The translations under genes were made by a program, and so were the position numbers. The notes beneath the pieces are model-generated. The model had not been told where the DNA came from. It saw only the letters and a list, made by a program, of their open reading frames with translations, and searched no databases. Positions 44,635 through 54,244 of a DNA stretch of 54,244 nucleotides are shown piece after piece; the stretch's first letter is position 1; every line of letters begins with the position of its first letter. The DNA comes from an uncultured Phycisphaeraceae bacterium. GTDB lineage: Bacteria > Planctomycetota > Phycisphaerae > Phycisphaerales > UBA1924. Location: assembly GCA_964351165.1 (NCBI GenBank), contig CAYGNN010000001.1, positions 1 to 54,244 on the forward strand. Direction: 5' to 3'.

Positions 44635-47395
44635 CCTTGACGATCCCGTTCAGGCGCCCAGGGCCATCGACCTCGGTCAGCCCCACGCGGATGATCTCGC
44701 CACGCAGCCTCGTGGCGTTGCCCCGGAAGTAGAACCGGCGGATCGCAGACTCGTTGGGCGCCAGCCTGCTCACCGGGGCTGACTGCCGAGGTCTGTCGGG
44801 CGCCATCGCGTACGCCTCCAGCGACTGCGGCCGGTCGCTCAGGTTCCGGATCTGCAGCGTGACGACGACGCGGTCCTTCACCGTGTCCACGAGGACAGAG
44901 GGCAGCATCTCCAGATCGCTCAGGCCGACCTCGACATTCGATCGCAAGGTGATCCTTGGGTACGTCTTCGTCGCGGCCAGATCGACATCCAGCGACACCG
45001 GCTTTACGCCAGCGATCTCCGCGACGCCGAACGAGACCTCCGCCGGGAACCGCTGCTCAGCGCCAGGGCCGATGCTGAAGCGGTGCACCCTGGGGTTGAT
45101 CTTCCAGTCGCTCGGCTCATCCACCCGGAACCGGCCGACGATGGATGTCGGGAATGGGTTGCGGATGACGATCTCGACATCGTGCACTGTCGCGGAGGAG
45201 CGGATCAACGAAGGCTCGATGCGGAACCCGGCGTGGAACAGGATCAGCCCCGGATCTACGCCCTCGATGAAGATCGGCGAATCGGTTAATTGGATCGTGT
45301 GCAGACCATCGATCATCTCGATCGTGCGCGCGTTGCCGAAAATGTCCACGGCTTCGATATCGTCGTCGCCCAGGTGCAGGCGGATGGTCGCGTCGTCGGA
45401 CTCGGCGTTCTCGTTCCACGCGGCGATCGCGCAGCGCGTCCCGCTGGGATCGACCAGGATCTGCGCACGCACGCCGTCAACGATCGGGAGGCTGCCCGCG
45501 TAGCTCCGGCCCTTCAGGTGCTCGCCCATCGTCCGCCAGACCGCGAGGTTCGGTGAAGGATCCGCCTGCCCCGGCGCTTTGCCGGTGTGCGTCCACGGCT
45601 GGATGATCGAGAGCTGCCGAGCGCCGGCGCTCCAGGCGAGGATCGTGCGCTGCGCCAGCGCGATCGCAGCGGATTCACTGCCGTACATGCCGGCCTGGTG
45701 GGTTTCGAGGACGAACTCCGACAGCATCGCCGACGTGTGGTCTTCATCCTCAGGCTCGATCCAGCGCCGCACGAGCGCGCCGATGGAATCGTTCGGCGCT
45801 GCGATGGGGAGCATGACGCTGAAGGCGTTGCTCTCGTGCAGCCCTGGGTCGATCGTCTGGTCGGCATCCGCCGGGAGCACCCACATCGGCGACGGCGCGT
45901 ACCGGGAGAGCCGATCGAGGCTCACCGCCAGCGCCTGAGCGACGCCCTGCGTCCAGACGATGTCGCGATCTCCCGCGGCGCCCAGGCGCCACAGGTGGAC
46001 GCGCTGGCCGAACCGCGCCACCAGCGGGTCGAGCGCGATGTCCCACAGCTCGTCCCGCCCCAGCAGGTCGATCAGCCGGCGCCCGACGAGGCTCGACGCG
46101 TCGCCCTTGCCAGGCACGTCGCGCAGCGCGAACGTCGTCTGCCGGTTGTCGTCGAGGAGCTTGTCAACCGCAGGCTCGATCTCGGTGGCGATCGAGTGCG
46201 CGCTCCCGGTGTGCATCCACTCGTCCCAGACAGTGAGCGTCATCGCGCCTGCGCCGATCCGCTGCGCGATCGCCGGCAGCAGCGCCGTGCGATCGGGGGG
46301 CGTGGTCTCGGCGATCAGGCCGAACCAGCCCTGCTCGTCCTCATCGAGCAGGGGATCAACCGGCGGGACCCAGCAGTACGACACCGTGCCCTGCTGCAGG
46401 ACCACACCCTCGGCGACGATGTTGAGCACCGCCCGGCGCCAGCCGAACCCGTTGGGCTCCGGCGACCAGACGATCTCGCCGCCGCCTGGGGGCGTCGTGA
46501 TCGTGTCGCGCTGGACGACCGCGCCGGATTCATCCATGAGCGACAATTCCCCGACGAGCGAGTCGCCGGTGAGATCGCGCAGCACGAAGGTGAACTCCGG
46601 GGTTTCCGGCGCGACGAAGATATTCGTGGGTGTCGCCGAGGCGACGTCGAGCCTCGGGATGTGCCGGACCGCGACATCGTCGAACCAGACAGCGCCGCTG
46701 AGGTCCTCATCGTCCACCAGGTGCGGCTGCACGTGCGGCATCTGCAGCGCCAGATCGTCCGGCGGGAACTGCGATGGCTGGAGCAATTCCAGATCGATCT
46801 GGATCCACGCGGCGTTCGGGAAGTCGCCCTCGAGCGTCGCCTCGACCATCCGCCAGCCCTGCTCTGACTGGATCAATCCGGAGTTGGCTTCACTGCCCTC
46901 GATGACCGCGCCGTCGGCGTCGAGCAGCCTGGCGACCAGCCGACCCCTCGCGGATTGCAGGCCCTTCGTGCGCGCGAAGGCGGAGACCTGGTAGTCGCTC
47001 CCTGGGATCGCCGCGAGCACGCCGCTGACGAGGCGGGCGCTGACGCTCCCGCCGCTGGTGGGGAGCATGAACGATTCATCACCGCTGTGCGCGAACTCGC
47101 TGCTGAACGAGCTGTGGTTCCAGTTAGGGAAGCCGGGGCGTTCGCGCATGCCCTCGACATGGTGCGCACGGATCCAGTGCATCGGGACGGGGTCGAGGTT
47201 GAACGCGCGCTCGTCGAAGTCGAAGACCCGGACCACCCGGCCAGAGGCTTCAGGGCGCTCGACCTGCTGCCCATCCTGTGGTTGGGCCTCCGCCAGGTCT
47301 GCCTGCTCCGGCGCGGCGATGGCCGCTGTTGTCGCCAGCGCCGCGAGCAGCGCGGCGCCGCAGCGGGATCGGGTTGGCGCAGTGATGCCTGGCAT
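44627..47395 (-). CDS. large secreted hypothetical protein with an N-terminal CBM4/9-like beta-sandwich (tentative)
   Basis: ATG at 47395 gives a Sec signal peptide (MPGITAPTRSRCGAALLAALATTAAIAAP); a GTG alternative is at 47419. Residues about 50-200 (FDFDE...GDESFMLPTSGGSVSARL...GSDYQVSAFART...ARLLDADG) resemble a carbohydrate-binding jelly roll. I recognise nothing in the remainder. Confidence 0.6.
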   Translation of the reverse strand: MPGITAPTRSRCGAALLAALATTAAIAAPEQADLAEAQPQDGQQVERPEASGRVVRVFDFDERAFNLDPVPMHWIRAHHVEGMRERPGFPNWNHSSFSSEFAHSGDESFMLPTSGGSVSARLVSGVLAAIPGSDYQVSAFARTKGLQSARGRLVARLLDADGAVIEGSEANSGLIQSEQGWRMVEATLEGDFPNAAWIQIDLELLQPSQFPPDDLALQMPHVQPHLVDDEDLSGAVWFDDVAVRHIPRLDVASATPTNIFVAPETPEFTFVLRDLTGDSLVGELSLMDESGAVVQRDTITTPPGGGEIVWSPEPNGFGWRRAVLNIVAEGVVLQQGTVSYCWVPPVDPLLDEDEQGWFGLIAETTPPDRTALLPAIAQRIGAGAMTLTVWDEWMHTGSAHSIATEIEPAVDKLLDDNRQTTFALRDVPGKGDASSLVGRRLIDLLGRDELWDIALDPLVARFGQRVHLWRLGAAGDRDIVWTQGVAQALAVSLDRLSRYAPSPMWVLPADADQTIDPGLHESNAFSVMLPIAAPNDSIGALVRRWIEPEDEDHTSAMLSEFVLETHQAGMYGSESAAIALAQRTILAWSAGARQLSIIQPWTHTGKAPGQADPSPNLAVWRTMGEHLKGRSYAGSLPIVDGVRAQILVDPSGTRCAIAAWNENAESDDATIRLHLGDDDIEAVDIFGNARTIEMIDGLHTIQLTDSPIFIEGVDPGLILFHAGFRIEPSLIRSSATVHDVEIVIRNPFPTSIVGRFRVDEPSDWKINPRVHRFSIGPGAEQRFPAEVSFGVAEIAGVKPVSLDVDLAATKTYPRITLRSNVEVGLSDLEMLPSVLVDTVKDRVVVTLQIRNLSDRPQSLEAYAMAPDRPRQSAPVSRLAPNESAIRRFYFRGNATRLRGEIIRVGLTEVDGPGRLNGIVKVN

Positions 47396-47452
47396 GGCCA
47401 AAATATCGGCCAAAACCACGCGTTTTCTGCACGTTGCCTGTAAGAGCGCTGA

Positions 47453-50380
47453 TTACGGCCTGACCGGGTGATCGGCGCCCATGCCTGGCCCCAGGATCAT
47501 CGCGTTCATCAGGATCCGCTCTGTCCCACGAGTGGCGCCGCGGAAGTTGGGCTGACTGGCGAAGCAGATGACCTGCCCGTTCCCGCTCCGCTCCCTGGTG
47601 ACGTACGCGCTGTTGGCGATCCGCTGCGCCGCTTCCGGCCAGAGCAGCCCGCTCATGCGGAGGTGCAGCTGCACGTTCTCAGGGAGCAGCGACCAGCCGA
47701 AGCGCCGCCAGCCGGCCTCGCCTCCTGCTTCGAGGTGTCCAAGCCGGACCGGGGCTTCGACACCAGCGCCGGCCATCAGCGCATCGTCCGCCTGATAGAC
47801 AACCGGGACGTACTCGCCCAGACCGCCGGTCAGCCAGTGCTTGTCGTCAACCCGGCCTGCGAGGATCGCGCCTTGTGGCATGAAGACTCGGTTCCAGTCG
47901 TCCTGCCGCTTGAGCGTGTCAGGGTCAGGCAGGCTCAGGTTCGGCGCATCCTCGTCGTCATCGCCGGGCGGTGAGAGCCATGGGTATTCGGCGTCCTGCG
48001 TCGTCGGGTCGTGCGCCCAGACGCGGTCGGTGTTGACGGTCGCCTGCTGCGCCGCCCAGCCGCGCAGGACAGCCAGCTCGTGCTCGTCGAGGTCTTCGAG
48101 CGAGCCGGAGAGCAGCGTGGCGTTGCTGAGGCCGGAATCCTCGTTGGCGATCGACTCAGCGGAAGAGCCGATCGTGATGAGCGTCCCGCCGGCCTCGACC
48201 CAGGTCTTCAGCGGCTCGGTCATGTTCGCAATCCCTCGACCGCCGAAGGAGTCCGGCGCGATGATCACGTTGTACTGCCGCAGGTCGCTGAATCCTGCGA
48301 ACTTCGCGTCGAGGTACGACGCCTCGATCCCCAGCCGCTGGTCGATCGTGAACCACGTCGCGCCGGCGCTGTAGGGGCTGAACATACCTCGCGTCAGGAC
48401 CGCGATGCGGGGCTGCTCGAGCAACTCGAAGAGGCCGCCGCCCAGGTCCGGGTTCTCGTTGCCCTCGCCCAGGCCGGAGTCCTCGCCGACCGCGAGGATC
48501 CCAAGATCCGAGCACACCTCGCCGATCCTGCGGACGAGCTCGCCGTTGAGGTCCCGGTTGTCATCGCGCGTGACCGCGATCGAGCCTCTGGGGTACACGC
48601 GGCCGTTCCAGTCGAATTCCTTCTCCGCGGCGCGCACCTTGACACCCATGTGCATCAGGCGCCCTGCCGCGGCGACCGACTTGTCGTCGGCGCCGTCGAT
48701 GATGTACGCCACGCGCGCATCAGGACGATCGACGCCGACGCGCGTGACCGCGAACCGGCCCTCCTCCAGAGGCTCCGCGACGCTGGGGAGCCCCGAGTTC
48801 ATCTGGTACGCCTCCAGGTCGTGCATCATCGTGGTGTTCCACGCGGTGACGTCGTAGAGCTTGGACCCGCCGTTGCGGAGCAGCTCGCGCCGCTCGATCG
48901 TCAGGAACTCGTCGCTCATGCGAGGATCAAAGGAGAGCATCGCGGCGACCAGCGGCGCGTCGGGCTGCCTCGTGCTGATGAGGATCGTCCCGGCGGGCAA
49001 TTCCTTGCCGCTGACATCACGGCCCAGGCGATCGACGCCCTGGCCGATCGTGAACGCTCGGCTCGCGGTGTGGACCTCGATGCTCTCGAGGGACATCAGC
49101 TCCAGGAAGTTCAGCAGCCGCGAGCGGTTGTCGCCTGGCAGGATCGCCCAGGACCGCAGGGGGATCTCGCCCTTGCCGGAGACGTTGTCGCGGCGCTCGC
49201 GGACGAACTCGCGCATCATCACCGCGCGGTTCTGGTGCAGCGATCGCGCGTTGGCCAGGATCGAGATCACGTTGTGGTGCACCGCCTCGGCGTAGGTGTG
49301 CAGCTGCCCATTGGGCATGCGCACCGCGTCCTCTGTCCAGCCGGCCTGCTCGTACAGGATGCCCAGCGCGCCGCGGTAACCGGCCCAGGAGCTGGAATAC
49401 CCTGGGTACCACTCCTCGTTCCACTCGCCGGTGTAGTACGTCCAGCCGAAGCGGTCGAAGGCCTGCGCCTGATCCTTCGCGAAGACGTCCCACCACTTCT
49501 TGCGCATCTCCGGCAGGAAGATGTTCAGCGGCTCGCGCGAGGGCGAGAACAGGAACGTGTCGTGTGTGCCCATCTCGTGCGCATCGATGAAGAGCAGGGG
49601 GCGCCATTCTTTGAGCGCGTTGAGCCTGGCGCGCGTCTCAGGGTTCACGCCAAGGATCCAGTCGCGGTTGAGGTCGAAGCCGTAGTGGTTCGTCCTGCCC
49701 CAGGGCCAGAAGCCGCCGTGCAGCATTGACTGCGCATCGACGTTGGGCGCCGCGGAGCGCACCTGCTCGATCTGCTTGAGGTACCGGTCACGCCCATCGG
49801 GGTTCATCAAAGGATCGATGACGATCACCAGATCGTTGAGCATGTCGGTGACGTCGCGGTCGAGGCACGCCGCGAGGTGGTACGCCGCGGCGACAGCGCC
49901 ATCAGCAGGGGAGGTCTCATCGCCGTGGATGGAGCAGCCGAACCACGCGACCGCCGGGAGGCGATCGACGAGCGCGTCGATCTCGCTTGCCGGCTCGTCC
50001 CTGGGGTCCGCGAGGCGGGCGAGGTTCGCCTTGATCGCGTCGAGCCTCCGGATGTTCTCAGGCGATGAGATCACGACAGCGATCAGCTCGCGGCCCTCGA
50101 ACGATTCGCCCATCTCGATCAGCTGGACGCGGTTGCTCCACTGCGCGAGGGCCGTCATGCACTCGACGATCTGCCCGTGCGTGGCGGCGCGGGCGCCGAG
50201 GCGGAATCCGAGGATGGACTCCGGCGTCGGGACGTCCGGGTCGTACTGCCCGCCTGGGAGGATGCGGCCCTCGTACGCGACCCGGGCGTCGAGCGCCGGG
50301 TTGGGGTCCCTGGGGAGCTGCCCGAGCGCAACCGCCGCGGTCATGGACACAAGAAGGGCGCCGAGAACGATCGAACGCAT
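47453..50380 (-). CDS. M14-family zinc carboxypeptidase-like protein, large multidomain, secreted
   Basis: ATG at 50380 gives the signal peptide MRSIVLGALLVSMTAAVALG. Zn-binding blocks are CSIHGDETSP (HxxE) and FIDAHEMG. The first 175 codons of the 1150-aa track ORF are a rejected extension that overlaps the next gene. Confidence 0.75.
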   Translation of the reverse strand: MRSIVLGALLVSMTAAVALGQLPRDPNPALDARVAYEGRILPGGQYDPDVPTPESILGFRLGARAATHGQIVECMTALAQWSNRVQLIEMGESFEGRELIAVVISSPENIRRLDAIKANLARLADPRDEPASEIDALVDRLPAVAWFGCSIHGDETSPADGAVAAAYHLAACLDRDVTDMLNDLVIVIDPLMNPDGRDRYLKQIEQVRSAAPNVDAQSMLHGGFWPWGRTNHYGFDLNRDWILGVNPETRARLNALKEWRPLLFIDAHEMGTHDTFLFSPSREPLNIFLPEMRKKWWDVFAKDQAQAFDRFGWTYYTGEWNEEWYPGYSSSWAGYRGALGILYEQAGWTEDAVRMPNGQLHTYAEAVHHNVISILANARSLHQNRAVMMREFVRERRDNVSGKGEIPLRSWAILPGDNRSRLLNFLELMSLESIEVHTASRAFTIGQGVDRLGRDVSGKELPAGTILISTRQPDAPLVAAMLSFDPRMSDEFLTIERRELLRNGGSKLYDVTAWNTTMMHDLEAYQMNSGLPSVAEPLEEGRFAVTRVGVDRPDARVAYIIDGADDKSVAAAGRLMHMGVKVRAAEKEFDWNGRVYPRGSIAVTRDDNRDLNGELVRRIGEVCSDLGILAVGEDSGLGEGNENPDLGGGLFELLEQPRIAVLTRGMFSPYSAGATWFTIDQRLGIEASYLDAKFAGFSDLRQYNVIIAPDSFGGRGIANMTEPLKTWVEAGGTLITIGSSAESIANEDSGLSNATLLSGSLEDLDEHELAVLRGWAAQQATVNTDRVWAHDPTTQDAEYPWLSPPGDDDEDAPNLSLPDPDTLKRQDDWNRVFMPQGAILAGRVDDKHWLTGGLGEYVPVVYQADDALMAGAGVEAPVRLGHLEAGGEAGWRRFGWSLLPENVQLHLRMSGLLWPEAAQRIANSAYVTRERSGNGQVICFASQPNFRGATRGTERILMNAMILGPGMGADHPVRP

Positions 50381-50508
50381 GCTGAATCTCCGGATGGGAG
50401 TTGGGTCGACTGGGGTGACACGAAGTGATGTCAGGGGCCGCAAGTGTCCGCCGAGACCACCGGCGCTGCAAGTGCAACCGATCCAGCAGAGCCGCGATGC
50501 GGTGTTGT

Positions 50509-50832
50509 TCAGCCGGTGAAGGTGCGCCCTGAATCGGGGTCCATCAGCGCCCAGCCGTTCTTCTGGCACATCCGGCCCAGCACGGCCCAGGCGATGTCCT
50601 CGTCGGTGACGCTGATCAGCGCCTGGAAGACCTCGTCCTTGTCGTCCACCATCGGGAATTCGACCGTGATGCCGGGGCCGTACGCGACTGTGCCGCCTGG
50701 CTCCTGGGAGCCATCGGGGGAGGTGTTGAGCGTCGCGAGCGTCTTGAGCAGGTCGCGCTTGATGCCCAGCGACGCGGCGGTCTCGCCTTCGGCTGGGCTG
50801 TTGAGCAGGATGAGTTGTCGTCCTGATGGCAA
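50509..50832 (-). CDS. small hypothetical protein (107 aa)
   Basis: ORF with host-like G/C-rich third positions. It fills the gap between the LpxL-family and M14 genes on the same strand. No recognisable motif. Confidence 0.5.
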   Translation of the reverse strand: MPSGRQLILLNSPAEGETAASLGIKRDLLKTLATLNTSPDGSQEPGGTVAYGPGITVEFPMVDDKDEVFQALISVTDEDIAWAVLGRMCQKNGWALMDPDSGRTFTG

Positions 50833-50924
50833 GCGCTGGCGCTCCTGGTGGTCGTTGGGCGGGAAATCGCCCGGCGAGTATGGGCGGTGAACCGGGCAAG
50901 GTCAATGCGAAGGCGATCGGGCGG

Positions 50925-52019
50925 TCATCCCTTGGCCGCCTTCCGCTCGGCGGCTTCGATCGTGTCCTGCGCCGATCGGGCGATGATCCGGTCCAGCGAT
51001 TCCTGTGTCATCCAGGGCAGCGTTTCCAGTTTCGCCCTGAGCGAATCCGGGAAGGGCTTCCCCTGCACTTCGAACCGGGGGCGGGACTTCCACGCCCTGT
51101 GCATCCAGAGGTACTGCTCCGGCGCCTGCATCACGAGGTTCTCGATCGAACGCCGGTACCGCGCCGTGATGTAGAAGAGCGGGTCCGGCTGATCCGCCCA
51201 GTCGTCGGGCGTGATGATGTCGTCGATGCCGACGTGGTACCGGAGCTGCTGCTCGCCGGGAACGCCCAGCCTCTGCGCACCGCCGCAGATGATCGGGATC
51301 TCGTACTCCATCGCCATCAGGCCGATCGACTTGTACGACGAGGCGAGGCGATCGAAGAAAGGGACGAAGACGCCGCGGTCGCCGGCGTTCTGGTCGGCGA
51401 TGAACGCGACAGAATCGCCGCGTGCGAAGTACTCCGGGATCAGTCGGAAAGCGCCGAACTTGTCGATCAGGCCCAGGCCCCGGTACTGCCTGGTGCGGCG
51501 GAGCCAGCGGTCCAGCGGCGCGAGGTCCAGCGGCCGGTACAGCGCGTGGATCGGGATGCCCAGCGAGGCGACCCAGGCGCCGAGGATCTCCCAGTTCCCG
51601 CAGTGTCCGGTGATGAGGATCGCCGGCTTGCCGCTGAGGAGCCGACCGACCGCGTCTTTCATGTCGCCGACCTGGATCCGCCGGGCCCAGCCATCTGGAG
51701 TGACCATCCGCGGCGTGCAGGCGACCTCCATCGCGAGCGTGATCAGGTGCCGGTACGCATCGACAGCGGTCTGCTCGACCTGCTCCTCGGTCCAGTCTGG
51801 CCGGACCCAGCGGAGGTTGGCGCGCGCCCGATCGAGGCGTTTCTTGTTGAACGACGCCTTGGCGTACGCGCCGCCAACGACGCGCGCCGAGCGCACGCTC
51901 GATTCGAGCCCGGCGATGTTCACGCCAGCGGCGAATCCGCGCACGGCGCTGTAGACCAGCGGCTGCGTGATGGCCGCGCCGATCTTCTGCCCACGGCTTT
52001 TCGGTTTCCGCTTGCTCAC
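50925..52019 (-). CDS. lipid A biosynthesis (LpxL/HtrB/MsbB-family) lysophospholipid acyltransferase
   Basis: HX4D-type catalytic block ITGHCGNWE, FIADQNAG and VPFFDRLASSYKSIGLMAMEYEIPI are typical of the Lip_A_acyltrans family. GTG start. Confidence 0.8.
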   Translation of the reverse strand: MSKRKPKSRGQKIGAAITQPLVYSAVRGFAAGVNIAGLESSVRSARVVGGAYAKASFNKKRLDRARANLRWVRPDWTEEQVEQTAVDAYRHLITLAMEVACTPRMVTPDGWARRIQVGDMKDAVGRLLSGKPAILITGHCGNWEILGAWVASLGIPIHALYRPLDLAPLDRWLRRTRQYRGLGLIDKFGAFRLIPEYFARGDSVAFIADQNAGDRGVFVPFFDRLASSYKSIGLMAMEYEIPIICGGAQRLGVPGEQQLRYHVGIDDIITPDDWADQPDPLFYITARYRRSIENLVMQAPEQYLWMHRAWKSRPRFEVQGKPFPDSLRAKLETLPWMTQESLDRIIARSAQDTIEAAERKAAKG

Positions 52020-52065
52020 GTCGGTGACGAGGGTACCCGGATGTCAGAACAGCAGCAGTCTCGGA

Positions 52066-53442
52066 TCAGCGGTCCGCGTACAGCCCGGTCAGGGTGTAGA
52101 AGCGGTTCTCGTTGAGCACCGGGATCCCGGTCTGCGTCGCCTGACGGAAGAGCTGGTCGTACTTCTGCACGAGACCCTGCTTGCGGATGTACTCCTGGAT
52201 CAGCGGCAGCGGGGCGTCGGGGCTCGGCGCCGGCGGCAGCACCGGGCGATCGCCCAGCACCACGAAGTCGGTCCGGCCGGTCAGCTCTTCCTCGACCTCG
52301 CCACCCCAGTCGCGGATGAGCGAAGCGATCGCGCCGCGCTCGGCGCTGGTGGGCTGCCCATCGTGGTTCGCGTCGAAGTCGCCGAATACGACGAAGGAGT
52401 AGATCTTGTCGGGGTCGTACGCGGCGTTGGCGATGACATCGCCCTCGACGACCGGCTGGCCGCGGGACTCGCGGATCACGCGGGCGCTGGAGGTGTTGTC
52501 GCCAACGCGGGTCACCTCGATCGTCGCCTTGCCGGCTGGGAAGTCGCCGTCAGCGTCGGGGCGGATGTCGGTGCCGCTGCCGTAGACCTCGAAGGTCATG
52601 CCCAGCACGATGCGCTGGTCGTGGCCGAGATCGATGAAGACCTGACGATCAGCGACGGAGGCGCCGACGATGCGGCCGTCCGTCAGCGAGTGCTCGGGCA
52701 GCGGCTCGAGCTTGAAGACGTCCTGCTCGGCGCGGAGCTCGTCGATGACCTGCTGGAGGATCAGGCCCTCCTGCTCGAGCTCAGCGATCCGGTCCTGCAG
52801 GTTGGATTCGCGCTCGTTCGACGTGCGGCGGATCGACTCGACCCTGCTGTTGTTGGACGCGACGACGCTGTTGACGTTCGTGCCGTAGCTGTCCACCTCG
52901 TCGCTGAGTCGGCCGATCTCGTCGCCGAGGGCGGTGACGGTGGCGCGGTGCTCGGTCGCGAGGGTGGTGTTGCGATCGACCTCCGCCTGGAGGTCGCTCT
53001 GCGCCGCGTCGCGCGCCTGGTAGGCGTCTTCGAGGCGGTTCTCGAGGGTCTTGATATCGCGTTCGCGCTGGGCGATGACCATCAGCATCGGGAGCGAGTC
53101 GGCCCCTTCGATGTCCGCGAGCTTCGTTTCCAGATCGGTGAGGGTGTCCTCGTTGGCGCCGGTGACGCGACGCATGGACTCCTCGAAGGAATCCTTGAGG
53201 TACATCACAACGCTCTTGCGCTCGCCGCGGGCGAGGTCGAGGTAGCGGACGACATCGTCACGCTGCCGCTCGGACTGCGGGATGAAGTCCTGGAGCGCAT
53301 CGTTCGCCTGCTGCAGGTCGGCCTCCGCCTTCTGCTTCTGGCCGTAGAACATGATCGCGAGGATGAAGGCGGCCAGCAGGAGCACACCAAGGATGGTGAC
53401 CGTAACTCCAAGCCCAACATTGCCGCTCGTGCGTGACGCCAT
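52066..53442 (-). CDS. membrane-anchored coiled-coil protein with C-terminal BRCT-like domain (tentative)
   Basis: ATG at 53442, then a TM segment (VGLGVTVTILGVLLLAAFILAIMFY) and about 230 aa of coiled coil. The C-terminal WGGEVEEELTGRTDFVVLGDRP...GIPVLNENRFYTLTG resembles a BRCT fold pattern. The upstream 75 codons of the track ORF are rejected. Confidence 0.55.
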   Translation of the reverse strand: MASRTSGNVGLGVTVTILGVLLLAAFILAIMFYGQKQKAEADLQQANDALQDFIPQSERQRDDVVRYLDLARGERKSVVMYLKDSFEESMRRVTGANEDTLTDLETKLADIEGADSLPMLMVIAQRERDIKTLENRLEDAYQARDAAQSDLQAEVDRNTTLATEHRATVTALGDEIGRLSDEVDSYGTNVNSVVASNNSRVESIRRTSNERESNLQDRIAELEQEGLILQQVIDELRAEQDVFKLEPLPEHSLTDGRIVGASVADRQVFIDLGHDQRIVLGMTFEVYGSGTDIRPDADGDFPAGKATIEVTRVGDNTSSARVIRESRGQPVVEGDVIANAAYDPDKIYSFVVFGDFDANHDGQPTSAERGAIASLIRDWGGEVEEELTGRTDFVVLGDRPVLPPAPSPDAPLPLIQEYIRKQGLVQKYDQLFRQATQTGIPVLNENRFYTLTGLYADR

Positions 53443-53683
53443 GACAACCTGCTCCCGATGCGTACGCGTCTGGGGGAACGCGAGTAAGAACCAAACCGAA
53501 CAATGAACACCCACGCCGGCACAGTCCCCACCGCGGCCGCAGCGTTCCCGATGCAACAGGCCCCGACCGAAATCGAGGCCCGCACCGGACCGGCAAGGAT
53601 ACGCACGCCCGAGGGGGCGGGTTCCGGCCAGGAGGGACAGTCTCAGGGGGCCGGCGTCGATCGTCAACCGGACGGGACCCGGC

Positions 53684-54244
53684 CTACCCGGCCCCGGCGG
53701 GCATCAGCCAGCTCTGGAAAAGGAACGCCAGCCCCAGGAAGGCCGCGAATGCGGCCGTATCCGTGAGCATCGTCAGGAAAATCGACGATGCCGTCGCCGG
53801 ATCGAGGCCTAGCCGGTTCATGATAAGCGGGATCCCGGTCCCGATCAGGCACCCCACAGCGAGGGCCCCGGTCATGGCGCCCATCGCCACGAGCCCGACC
53901 CGGGGGTTGATGTCGATGACCCCAAGCGACGAGCAGAGGTAGATCACCAGCGCCATCGCCCCGCCGGTGACGAAGCCGGTGATCAGCCCCAGCGTGGTCT
54001 CGCGGATGAGCAGCGGCGTGATGCGCTCCCGGCTGACATCGCCCAGCACCAAGCCCCGGAGCGTCACGGCGAGGCTCTGCAGACCCGCGTTACCCGCCTG
54101 GTTGGCGATCATCGGCATCAGCACCGCCAGGATCGCGATCTGCCCGATCAGGTCCTCGAATTGAAACACCACCGCCGCCGCGATCGCCGCGGTGACGAGG
54201 TTCAGCAGCAGCCAGGGCAGCCGGGATTTGATCTTCTTCCCCAG
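53684..54244 (-). CDS. mgtE: magnesium transporter MgtE, C-terminal membrane domain; the N-terminus lies beyond the window end
   Basis: Frame is open to the window end. LPWLLLNLVTAAIAAAVVFQFEDLIGQIAILAVLMPMIANQAGNAGLQSLAVTLRGL and DPATASSIFLTMLTDTAAF are canonical MgtE TM-domain blocks. Confidence 0.9.
   Translation of the reverse strand: MGKKIKSRLPWLLLNLVTAAIAAAVVFQFEDLIGQIAILAVLMPMIANQAGNAGLQSLAVTLRGLVLGDVSRERITPLLIRETTLGLITGFVTGGAMALVIYLCSSLGVIDINPRVGLVAMGAMTGALAVGCLIGTGIPLIMNRLGLDPATASSIFLTMLTDTAAFAAFLGLAFLFQSWLMPAGAG

Noticed and set aside
50381-50905. 175-codon N-terminal extension of the M14 peptidase ORF. Similar extensions occur on the cysQ (27165-27305), sigma (31411-31626), adaptor (42128-42310), coiled-coil (53443-53667) and FkbM ORFs.
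   Set aside because: The extensions are basic and low-complexity, lack signal peptides and overlap neighbouring genes. Internal ATGs give proper signal peptides or canonical family N-termini.

Overview
GC-rich bacterial chromosomal window with strongly G/C-biased third codon positions. The gene content looks Planctomycetota-like, but that is inference only. It is densely coding, with about 43 CDS. I found no rRNA, tRNA, CRISPR array, transposase or integrase.

The left half (about 1-27.9 kb) is one large Wzx/Wzy-type polysaccharide locus:
- GDP-fucose synthesis (gmd, fcl) plus two further SDR epimerases
- six glycosyltransferases, a Wzy-like polymerase and a Wzx-like flippase
- a PAPS-type sulfotransferase
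- two tandem WcaF-like acetyltransferases and two tandem FkbM methyltransferases
- a secreted SGNH esterase with a dockerin-like tail
- a membrane-anchored EEP phosphoesterase
- a secreted protein whose motif blocks match animal-type GH56 hyaluronidases

PAPS supply and recycling genes bracket this locus: sat at the left edge, and an SLC13 permease, a HAL2/CysQ PAP phosphatase and cysC at the right. The prediction is a sulfated, fucosylated, acetylated and methylated glycan with its own GH56-like processing hydrolase.

The right half contains:
- an ECF sigma factor and Ser/Thr kinase pair
- recO
- an HDOD-GGDEF protein
- a translationally coupled operon of unknown function: alpha/beta hydrolase, then GH3-family amido synthetase, then an alpha/beta hydrolase-DedA-ATP-grasp fusion
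- an orphan HlyD-type adaptor, a bifunctional nuclease, truD and a HAD hydrolase
- a large secreted protein, a 975-aa M14 peptidase, an LpxL-family acyltransferase, a membrane coiled-coil protein and a partial mgtE

All homology calls come from reading the translations and recalling family motifs. No searches were run. Many long ORFs in the supplied track are antisense artefacts of the high GC content.
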